This document shows, in pieces, positions 1-7,144 of a stretch of DNA of 30,372 bases. The notes below the pieces were generated by a model. It was given only the letters and a program-made list of their open reading frames with translations, was not told the DNA's origin and did not search any database. The DNA lies in the IMG/VR virus record IMGVR_UViG_3300027365_000045, positions 1 to 30,372 of that record; one strand, given 5' to 3'. The first letter of the stretch is position 1; each line of letters begins with the position of its first letter. This stretch comes from a virus (lineage: Duplodnaviria; Caudoviricetes). The translations under genes were made by a program, and so were the position numbers.

Positions 1-138
1 ATAAGAGGCATCAGCAATAATGCTTTTTATGCGGAACGGGCTCAGCTCTGCTTTGCCGTAAATGGCTGATACTTTGATGCCTAAACCGGCCGCCTTGCGC
101 AGGCGCTCAATCGTTGCTTGTGCCTTATCTTTGTTCAT
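1..138 (-). CDS. 5' part of a small basic protein, possibly a DNA-binding regulator; runs off the window edge
   Basis: SD GAGGA, ATG at 138, open to position 1: MNKDKAQATIERLRKAAGLGIKVSAIYGKAELSPFRIKSIIADASY. Divergent from the SSB-like gene. Not in the ORF track. Confidence 0.65.
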   Translation of the reverse strand, partial: MNKDKAQATIERLRKAAGLGIKVSAIYGKAELSPFRIKSIIADASY

Positions 139-185
139 TCACGAATCCTCTGTTGTTGATGGAAATAAAAATAACAACAAAAAGG

Positions 186-214
186 TTGCGCGTCAATTCG
201 TTTTAGTGTTTACT
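186..214 (+). promoter_or_regulatory. putative sigma70 promoter for the replication operon
   Basis: TTGCGC-17 nt-TTTACT with an A-rich upstream tract. Confidence 0.45.
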
Positions 215-267
215 TCATCTCACCAGCAGCAACGAGCTGCACAACTCAACCACAAAGAGAGAACGAT

Positions 268-828
268 ATGAGCGAATTTTTCTTAGGCCTGGCTTCTGAA
301 GATGACATCCAGTTTGATGGTTTCTATGACGGTCAGCAAAAAGTAATTCCTGAAGGCACTGAGCTGGAAGGTGTTGTCATCGACGGCTTCAACGGCATTG
401 AAGAAGGCAAGGCTGTGCAGACCTGCTTCGTCCAAGTTGCAGTGACAACGCCTGGCGAATTCCTGGGTCAGAAATACCGCTACCAGGCGAAGATTTATGA
501 CATGGACGCAGCAAAACGCGACCGCGCCATGAAAAACCTCACCCTGCTGGACACCCAGGCCGGGTCACCGCTTGGCAAGGGACGCCTCCCGCTGACCACG
601 GAAAACATCCAGGAGCACTGGGTTGGCGCATCAAATATGCGCATCAAATTCGGACTGATGGTTGCAGAGGACGACGGCCGCGAAATCAACTTTATCCGTG
701 GCTTCGGCTTCCTGCGCGAAAAGCTTCCGCAGGCTAACACTCAACCAACTGGTGTTGCTGGCGGTGATGGCGCTGGTGCTGGTGCTGGTGCGGCAAAACC
801 AGCAGCTGATGAAGATGTTGACTTCTAA
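268..828 (+). CDS. putative single-stranded DNA-binding protein
   Basis: 186 aa, beta-rich body, Gly/Ala linker and acidic tail ending DEDVDF as in SSBs; first gene of the replication cluster. Confidence 0.6.
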   Translation: MSEFFLGLASEDDIQFDGFYDGQQKVIPEGTELEGVVIDGFNGIEEGKAVQTCFVQVAVTTPGEFLGQKYRYQAKIYDMDAAKRDRAMKNLTLLDTQAGSPLGKGRLPLTTENIQEHWVGASNMRIKFGLMVAEDDGREINFIRGFGFLREKLPQANTQPTGVAGGDGAGAGAGAAKPAADEDVDF

Positions 829-837
829 TAAATAACC

Positions 838-857
838 GCCGCCTTCGGGCGGCCTTT
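838..857 (+). terminator. UUCG hairpin, weak terminator
   Basis: GCCGCC-TTCG-GGCGGC followed by CTTT. Confidence 0.55.
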
Positions 858-875
858 AAAGCACTGGAGACTTAA

Positions 876-1649
876 ATGGCCTCATTAGCTCAGCACTATA
901 AACAAAAAGAGAAGAACGGCACCGGAACTGCAGTAAATAAAACCTATATCGTGCCGGTAAAAGAGCTTTACGTTGAGCCTGGTTATAACGTCCGTGATAT
1001 CGACCAGGAGCATGTTAACGAATTCCGTGATGCGTTTATCGCCGGTGAATTCATCCCTCCGCTCGTGGTGAAAGTCACCGAACTTGGCATCAAGGTAATG
1101 GATGGTCACCACCGCTACTACGGTGCGCTTGCAGCAACCGAAGCAGGTCATGAAGTCCTGCGCCTTGAGTGTAAAGATTTCGTTGGCTCTGAAGCTGACC
1201 AGATTGCCTTCATGGTCACCAGCAGCCAAGGTAAGCAGCTAAGCGCAATTGAGCGCGGCATGGCTTACCGCCGCCTTGTTAATCAGGGATGGACAAATTC
1301 AGAGATTGCAAAGAAGGTAAAGCGCTCACCGGCAGACGTAGACCTCCACCTGCAACTCACAGAATGCGATGAGAAAATCATTGGCATGGTGAAATCAGGC
1401 CAGCTTGCTGCGACGACAGCAGTTGCAATGACGAAAGAGCATGGCGCAGATGCCGGTCGGTTCGCTGAAGATAAGCTGGAAAAGGTAAAGTCAGAGGGCC
1501 GGGCGAAAATAACCAAAGCAGATGCCATTCCTCAATTCAGCGCGAAAAAGGCTCGCCGCTTCCTTGAGCTTTATGCTTCAGGCGGTGGGGAGCTAAACGC
1601 AGAAATGGCAGGCATCATCAGCGAATTTGAAGAGTGGAGCAAATCATGA
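876..1649 (+). CDS. ParB/Srx-like N-terminal domain protein with HTH
   Basis: YNVR, PPLVV, DGHHRY (ParB box II-like), then an HTH-like segment GWTNSEIAKKVKRS. Confidence 0.85.
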   Translation: MASLAQHYKQKEKNGTGTAVNKTYIVPVKELYVEPGYNVRDIDQEHVNEFRDAFIAGEFIPPLVVKVTELGIKVMDGHHRYYGALAATEAGHEVLRLECKDFVGSEADQIAFMVTSSQGKQLSAIERGMAYRRLVNQGWTNSEIAKKVKRSPADVDLHLQLTECDEKIIGMVKSGQLAATTAVAMTKEHGADAGRFAEDKLEKVKSEGRAKITKADAIPQFSAKKARRFLELYASGGGELNAEMAGIISEFEEWSKS

Positions 1650-2185
1650 AAATAAAAGTATCAAAAATACTCCTGGAGTCAGCATTAATCTTCCAGGCAA
1701 AGAAAGATGTTCGTTACTACCTCAATGGAATCTGCTTTAAAGTTGATGGGCGGGTTTGCTCGACTGATGGACATCGAGCCTTTGTTGGTGGAAAACATGA
1801 AGGAGAACTGGCTGAAGATATTATTTTATCTGTCACGAAGTCTCCCACCAAGTCATTCAATTACGTAATTATCGACACTGATGCAGGTATTGTCAGCTAC
1901 CATGACGCATTTGATATTCGTGTAGGCGTTGGTCTGTGCGAAGTTATTGATGGTAGATTCCCAGATATCGACCGCGTAATTCCGAAAGAGACATCCCCAA
2001 CAGACCGTATCGGTTTTAATGCCTCATATCTCGCTGATGTTGAAAAGGTTGCAAAGCTTTTCAATCCAAAATGGGAGTCTGTTGTATTTGAGTTGAACGG
2101 ACATACAAATGCCACCGTTGCAAAATTAAAGTCATACAACGGTGAAGATGCGAAAATTATTGTCATGCCAATGCGCATCGACTGA
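1646..2185 (+). CDS. DNA polymerase III beta-clamp-like protein (truncated, 179 aa)
   Basis: DnaN motifs DVRYYLNGI, STDGHR, GRFPD, IGFNASYL and C-terminal VMPMRI. Start at 1646 gives an ATGA overlap with the ParB stop. Confidence 0.85.
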   Translation: MKIKVSKILLESALIFQAKKDVRYYLNGICFKVDGRVCSTDGHRAFVGGKHEGELAEDIILSVTKSPTKSFNYVIIDTDAGIVSYHDAFDIRVGVGLCEVIDGRFPDIDRVIPKETSPTDRIGFNASYLADVEKVAKLFNPKWESVVFELNGHTNATVAKLKSYNGEDAKIIVMPMRID

Positions 2186-2193
2186 TTAAACAC

Positions 2194-2213
2194 AGCCGCT
2201 TCGGCGGCTTTTT
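2194..2213 (+). terminator. intrinsic terminator
   Basis: AGCCGC-TTCG-GCGGCT followed by a T run. Confidence 0.8.
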
Positions 2214-2228
2214 GCACTGGAGAATGGA

Positions 2229-4199
2229 ATGGCATTCGAACTCCGCCCCTATCAGGTAGAGGCTGTTGACGCCGTCACTGAACACATAAAGAAACGACTG
2301 AGCCCATGCCTGCTTGAGCTTGCTACCGGCGCAGGTAAAAGCCTTATTGTTTCTGCTATCGCTCGCTACCTTGCTGGCGTCGCACCAAATAAGCGCGTGC
2401 TGTGTATAGCCCCAAGCAAAGAGCTGGTTGTGCAGAACCACGAAAAATATGTCGCCGGGTACAAAGAGCCAGCCAGTATTTATTGCTCAAGCGCCGGAAG
2501 CAAAGACCTGCGCCACCAGGTTATCTTCGCAAGCCCGTTAACTGCGGTGAAAAATATTCGCCTGATTGCGCACCTTGGCGTGTCCGGCATCATCATTGAT
2601 GAAGCCCACGGCGTAACGCCGACCATGCTCGACCTCATTAAGCAGGTTCAGGAGTATGAAATTAACGGCACCAGGCCAAACGAAAACGTGCGCGTCATCG
2701 GGATGACGGCAACACCTTACCGTACTGGCACAGGGTACATTTACGCCAAAGACTGCACCGGGCCAGATGAAATCCTTCACGATGACGATAAGGCTCGCGA
2801 CCCGTACTATTCACGCCTGCTTTACCGCGTGTCAGCCGGTGAGCTCGTGTCTCAGAATTATCTCACTCGCCCGGTAATTGGTGAGACTGATGAGCACTAT
2901 GACACCAGCAAGCTTGAGACAGACAGCAGCGGAAAATTCACGCTTGCTTCGGTGGCAAAGGCCTTTAACGGAAACACCAAAACCGAGCGCATCGTTAACA
3001 AGGTGATGTCGTTTGCTGGCGATCGCAAAGGCGTGATGTTCTTTGCCGCAACCATCAGCCATGCAGAAGAAATCGCAAGCTATCTGCCCGCCAATGATGT
3101 TCACGTCATCACCGGAAAGCTGAAGAAGTCAGAGCGCGAGAAGTTCATCAATGACTTTAAGGCTCAGCGCGTCAAGTATCTGGTTAACGTCGACGTCCTG
3201 ACCACCGGTTTCGATGCTCCTCATGTCGACCTGATCGCAATCCTGCGCGCCACAGAATCGCCTGGTTTGCTTCAGCAGATTATCGGTCGTGGCCTTCGCC
3301 TTTCCCCAGGAAAGGAAGACGTCCTGGTGCTGGACTACGCGGAGAACATTGAGCGCCATGGCCTTGAGGATGACATTTTCACGCCAGAAATTAAGACCAG
3401 CCGCCGCGCCGATGAAAGCACGGAGATTCAGGTTGAATGCCCGGCCTGCCACGCGATAAGCATGAAGAAGCGCCGCAACGACCCTATATACGATGGCGTG
3501 GCACATGATAAGTTTGGCAATTTCCTGATTCCTGGCACCGAACGCGCAACGCTGTTTGTTGATGGCGAAGCCGTAGAGTGGGATGGCGAAGTCATGACGA
3601 TGAAGGTTGTTGACCCGAGCCAGAAGGATGAGTTTGGCGACTTAATGACGAAAGACCTGCCAATGCCTGCGCATTACTCGCGCCGGTGCAACAACCCGGA
3701 GGCTTTCGTTATCAAGGGTCAGCCAGTTCGCTGTGAGCATCGCTTCTCGCTTAAGATTTGTCCGAAGTGCTTTGCAGAGAATGACATTGCCGCCCGGCAC
3801 TGCACCGAATGCAAAGAGCGGCTGGTTGACCCAAACAGCAAGCTCACCGACGCAGCTGGATTCGCAAACGTCATGATGGACGGTGAAATTCGCCGCGTTA
3901 AGTGCTACAGCGCCACATACACACCGTGGGTTGCGAAGGCGACCGGCAACCACTCTCTTAAAGCTGAATACCGGACCGAGATTGGCGAGGTAACGGCGTG
4001 GCATACAATCCGCCAGAAGTGGATATTCTCCAAGCTGGCGCAGATTAACGGAGCCGACAGCGAGGCGATCACCGGTTACGACCAGTGCGCAGAATGGAAG
4101 AATGCGCCGCGAGAAATAACCATCAGGAAGACGGAGCATAACGGCTACGTTAAATTTGAAATTAAACAAGTGCATTACACAGAGAAGGTTGGAGCATGA
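2229..4199 (+). CDS. SF2 DEAH helicase, RadD/YejH-like, with C-terminal zinc ribbons
   Basis: LRPYQ, ATGAGKS, DEAH, TATP, TTGFDAP, QIIGRGLR; CPAC, CPKC and CTEC motifs. Confidence 0.93.
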   Translation: MAFELRPYQVEAVDAVTEHIKKRLSPCLLELATGAGKSLIVSAIARYLAGVAPNKRVLCIAPSKELVVQNHEKYVAGYKEPASIYCSSAGSKDLRHQVIFASPLTAVKNIRLIAHLGVSGIIIDEAHGVTPTMLDLIKQVQEYEINGTRPNENVRVIGMTATPYRTGTGYIYAKDCTGPDEILHDDDKARDPYYSRLLYRVSAGELVSQNYLTRPVIGETDEHYDTSKLETDSSGKFTLASVAKAFNGNTKTERIVNKVMSFAGDRKGVMFFAATISHAEEIASYLPANDVHVITGKLKKSEREKFINDFKAQRVKYLVNVDVLTTGFDAPHVDLIAILRATESPGLLQQIIGRGLRLSPGKEDVLVLDYAENIERHGLEDDIFTPEIKTSRRADESTEIQVECPACHAISMKKRRNDPIYDGVAHDKFGNFLIPGTERATLFVDGEAVEWDGEVMTMKVVDPSQKDEFGDLMTKDLPMPAHYSRRCNNPEAFVIKGQPVRCEHRFSLKICPKCFAENDIAARHCTECKERLVDPNSKLTDAAGFANVMMDGEIRRVKCYSATYTPWVAKATGNHSLKAEYRTEIGEVTAWHTIRQKWIFSKLAQINGADSEAITGYDQCAEWKNAPREITIRKTEHNGYVKFEIKQVHYTEKVGA

Positions 4200-4654
4200 T
4201 TATCATCGGTATTGACCCGGATTCAAGCAAGCATGGAGTTGCTGTATATCGTGACGGTAAGCTTGACCATCTTGGTTCTCGCCAGCTATTCGAATTATTC
4301 GACATGATTAATATGCTGAAAGGTGAGGGCCGAATGCAAATCCACATGGAGGACGTGTGCGCAATAAATGCAACCTTTAGCAAACAGTTCGTTAAAAACA
4401 GGAGGGCAGAGACAACCATATCTCGCTCTGTTGGCATGTGCCAGCAGGCTCAGGTGGAAGTCGAAAGAATGGCAGCTTACCTTGGCGTTGAGGTGGTAAA
4501 GCACCCAATAAGCAGCAAGTGGAAGGATGCAACCACCGGGAACCCAATCCTGAAGAAACTTGGCTGGCCTGGCAAGAGCAATGAAGATACTCGCTCAGCT
4601 GCTTACTTTGGCTATCTCGGGGTAAAAGCATGGCATACGGCCAACAAAAAATAA
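4196..4654 (+). CDS. RuvC-like Holliday junction resolvase
   Basis: N-terminal IIIGIDP, central E (MEDV) and C-terminal EDTRSAA acidic residues; follows the helicase with an ATGA overlap. Confidence 0.7.
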   Translation: MIIIGIDPDSSKHGVAVYRDGKLDHLGSRQLFELFDMINMLKGEGRMQIHMEDVCAINATFSKQFVKNRRAETTISRSVGMCQQAQVEVERMAAYLGVEVVKHPISSKWKDATTGNPILKKLGWPGKSNEDTRSAAYFGYLGVKAWHTANKK

Positions 4655-4884
4655 CCGGAGCAATGCCGTTCCGTTACCACAAAGACGATGCCGCATGGAT
4701 TGACTCCCAGCTCTCATTGCTGGGAGTTTCCGAGCGAGCTCAGGTTGCAGCTGCATACGGCAGGGCATACCAGGCCAGCGAGGATTGCCACGACATTGAT
4801 TATCAAAAGGCAGGGTCCGCGAGGTATGAAGCTAACAGCAGACTGCGCAAATATATAAACAAAAAAGTTGCAAAGCAGGTATAA
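4630..4884 (+). CDS. conserved phage hypothetical protein
   Basis: 84-aa ORF in operon position, ending ...ARYEANSRLRKY. Confidence 0.7.
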   Translation: MAYGQQKITGAMPFRYHKDDAAWIDSQLSLLGVSERAQVAAAYGRAYQASEDCHDIDYQKAGSARYEANSRLRKYINKKVAKQV

Positions 4885-4895
4885 TGATGTATAGT
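4868..4895 (+). promoter_or_regulatory. putative sigma70 early promoter for the kil/nin-like cluster
   Basis: TTGCAA-16 nt-TATAGT preceded by an A tract. Confidence 0.6.
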
Positions 4896-5083
4896 TAATC
4901 ACATGAGGCGGCGGCAGGATGCAGCCGGAGAGGAGCAACGCAGGGGCTTGATCGTAGTGTCAGGATTCCCAACCGTGAGGCCGAACATTGGACACTCGCC
5001 GCAAGGCAGAACGCTTACCAATGACATCGAACCGAGGCTACCGACGAAGCACGACGCCTTAAATAATTATTGGAGAGATGACC

Positions 5084-5227
5084 ATGATTAACCACCTCGC
5101 ACTGCGCGCAGCGCAAAACAAGGCCGTCATTGCCAGATTTATTGGTGATGGCGAAATGTGGCAGCAGGCCAATGAAGCGATGAAGGCTGCCTGCGGATAT
5201 CCACTTTATCGGAGGAATAGCAAATGA
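5084..5227 (+). CDS. kil: lambda Kil-family cell-division inhibitor
   Basis: MINHLALRAAQNKAVIARFIGDGEMWQQANEAMKAACGYPLYRRNSK shares the Q.K..IA.FIGD..M...A..A.K pattern of lambda Kil. SD GGAGAG; ATGA overlap with the next gene. Missed by the ORF track. Confidence 0.85.
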   Translation: MINHLALRAAQNKAVIARFIGDGEMWQQANEAMKAACGYPLYRRNSK

Positions 5228-5430
5228 AATGTCCAAATTGCGGAGGTGAATTAAAATTTCCTCAGCACGCATATTCAAAAATGTATGACTACCTTGAACC
5301 ATGCACAGTTGCAACTATCTGCTGCGGGGTGGCGGTAAGACTAATCCCAAGAATGGAGTATGAGGCTGTTGCTACTGTAGGAATATATCGCGATGACTGG
5401 GGGAATCCATGCAATACATCCTCCTCATAA
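5224..5430 (+). CDS. small zinc-ribbon protein
   Basis: MKCPNCGG and a later CCG; SD GGAGG. Confidence 0.75.
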   Translation: MKCPNCGGELKFPQHAYSKMYDYLEPCTVATICCGVAVRLIPRMEYEAVATVGIYRDDWGNPCNTSSS

Positions 5431-5600
5431 TGCTCGCCTACCCGTCAGGCGACGTGAAAATCAACGATGAAAACCCGCCGGTGTTCTATGCCAAAAAAGC
5501 ATGCACTGACGCGCAGGACTTCATCCGTATTTCAACACCATCAAACGCCACGGTGACCATCAGCACCATGTGCGCAAAGCGTGGGAGTAACAGAGAATGA
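5409..5600 (+). CDS. small protein with hydrophobic N-terminus and two Cys
   Basis: 63 aa, starts MQYILLIMLA, overlaps both neighbours. Confidence 0.65.
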   Translation: MQYILLIMLAYPSGDVKINDENPPVFYAKKACTDAQDFIRISTPSNATVTISTMCAKRGSNRE

Positions 5601-5974
5601 CTGATTATTCACAGTTATCAGATTTTGAAATTAACAAGCGCGTTGCGGAAATTGTTTATTCAATTGAAGTTGTAGCAGACGACTTTTACGTGAAAGATAT
5701 CCCATTTGCGTACCACAGAGACGAGCAGGTTTTCATTTTTATTGATGAGCCGCTTTCTGGTGCTTGGCGGTCATATAACCCATGCAACAACCCAGCAGAC
5801 GCATGGCCGATTATTGTTGAAAATATGATTAGTGTTGACCAGCATGCTAATGGCTCATATGCGAGGGTGTGGGGATATTCAGAATCAGGCATTGTGGAGA
5901 CTGAATCACTTCGTAGCAATATTCTCCGCGCCGCAATGATTGTCTTCCTCATGATGCAGGAGAAATCTAAATGA
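5597..5974 (+). CDS. ninX: NinX-family protein
   Basis: MTDYSQLSDFEINKRVA, YNPCNNPADAWPII and LRAAMIVFLMMQE motifs. Confidence 0.88.
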   Translation: MTDYSQLSDFEINKRVAEIVYSIEVVADDFYVKDIPFAYHRDEQVFIFIDEPLSGAWRSYNPCNNPADAWPIIVENMISVDQHANGSYARVWGYSESGIVETESLRSNILRAAMIVFLMMQEKSK

Positions 5975-6252
5975 GCTTCGAAGACATCAAAGGCCGCGAC
6001 GATGCCATTGCATTCTGGAATGACATCCAGCAGAAGGAAATTGACGACCTGGCATCGGAATTATCTGATGCCATCGGTGAGTTTGGCATGGAGCTGTTTG
6101 TCACGACTCGACTTCGTGGAAAGCTAAGCAGCATGGGTACGATAGCCAAGCTGTTCGGAGATGACAAGTTCCAGGACTGGATTGGTGAGGTTCGCGAAGA
6201 ACTTTGCCGCCGCGTTGCCGAGGCTGACATTGCGGAGAAATACAAGCCATGA
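5971..6252 (+). CDS. hypothetical protein
   Basis: 93 aa, SD AGGAG, ATGA overlaps at both ends. Confidence 0.75.
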   Translation: MSFEDIKGRDDAIAFWNDIQQKEIDDLASELSDAIGEFGMELFVTTRLRGKLSSMGTIAKLFGDDKFQDWIGEVREELCRRVAEADIAEKYKP

Positions 6253-6449
6253 GCCAATGGATAAGCGTTGACGAATCTTTGCCAGAAAACAAACCTGGTC
6301 TTTGGTCATCCGATGTGATTGCGATGAGTGACGAATTTGAAGTCTTTCGCCTCTCATGCATGGACGGTTATTGGCAAAGAACAAGAGCCTTCATTGAATC
6401 TGGATCGACGAGAATACTTTATTGGATGCCAATGCCGGAGCTGCCATGA
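6249..6449 (+). CDS. DUF551-like protein
   Basis: WISVDESLPE at the start and YWMPMPELP at the end. Confidence 0.85.
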   Translation: MSQWISVDESLPENKPGLWSSDVIAMSDEFEVFRLSCMDGYWQRTRAFIESGSTRILYWMPMPELP

Positions 6450-6715
6450 CCACCATCGAAATTCAGTTCGACGAATACGTTGATTGCCTGATAACCATTG
6501 AGTTGGCCGTAAAGCTGGCTCAAATCGACCACAGACCGGTTAACAAGACAATCCGCGATAGCTGGTCAGTGATTCGTAAGCGCATGACCAACGCGGCTAA
6601 TATCGCTATTTTCGACGGACTTTGCCGCCAGGCATTTCCTGACGGTGCGCTCAAGATGATTCGCCGCCAGCTTAATCAGGTTGGCGGTGGAGAGGTTGGT
6701 TTCTATGGCTCGTAA
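6446..6715 (+). CDS. hypothetical protein
   Basis: Start moved to ATG 6446 (SD GGAG, ATGA overlap); 89 aa. Confidence 0.7.
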   Translation: MTTIEIQFDEYVDCLITIELAVKLAQIDHRPVNKTIRDSWSVIRKRMTNAANIAIFDGLCRQAFPDGALKMIRRQLNQVGGGEVGFYGS

Positions 6716-6941
6716 GCAAATCATGAGAGGATGCGCCACAAATGAAGAGCGTCAGGCATGCTCGGCGGCGCTTAAAGCGCACGTTGAGCATTACGGTGAC
6801 CACAGTCCGGAAAGCGTGCGAACGGTTTACAGCGTTGCTGTGGATGGTAAGAAAATCAGCGTTGAGGTGGTGAATCGCGCAAAGAGCTACGTGGCAACCT
6901 GCATGAATAAGCCGCGCCGGTTGCGCAGCGTGATGCACTGA
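6705..6941 (+). CDS. DUF4060-like phage protein
   Basis: Start ATG 6705 after GGAGAGG; motif V.VDGKKISVEVVNR..SYVAT.M..PRRL. Confidence 0.7.
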   Translation: MARKQIMRGCATNEERQACSAALKAHVEHYGDHSPESVRTVYSVAVDGKKISVEVVNRAKSYVATCMNKPRRLRSVMH

Positions 6942-6965
6942 GTGCAAACAGAATAGAGGTGTGTT

Positions 6966-7130
6966 ATGTCTAATTTATTTGATAAAGCAGTTGCTTTGCA
7001 GAAGCGCGCTAACCGTGCAGAAGAAAGAATCGAGGAACTCGAAGCCGAGAACGCCAGACTACGGCAGCAGCGAGACGCGGCGAACGCGCAACTGGATTTC
7101 TTAATAGAGGAAATGAAAAAGGCCCCGTGA
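6966..7130 (+). CDS. small coiled-coil protein (54 aa)
   Basis: SD AGAGGTG; MSNLFDKAVALQKRANRAEERIEELEAENARLRQQRDAANAQLDFLIEEMKKAP. Missed by the ORF track. Confidence 0.75.
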   Translation: MSNLFDKAVALQKRANRAEERIEELEAENARLRQQRDAANAQLDFLIEEMKKAP

Positions 7131-7144
7131 GGGGCCTTGGTTTT
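7116..7144. terminator. bidirectional terminator between the early and late arms
   Basis: AAAAAGGCCCC-GTGA-GGGGCCTTGGTTTT between convergent genes. Confidence 0.85.

Noticed and set aside
62-271. 69-aa + strand ORF
   Set aside because: It runs antisense to a better-supported - strand gene and across the AT-rich promoter region.
772-792. (GCTGGT)n microrepeat in the SSB-like gene
   Set aside because: Explained by the Gly-Ala linker; in-frame and too short for phase variation.
2229-4199. Intein or homing endonuclease in the helicase
   Set aside because: No intein terminal motifs and no LAGLIDADG or HNH signature.
4903-5091. 62-aa ORF before kil
   Set aside because: It starts at about the predicted TSS with no SD and coincides with a structured leader.
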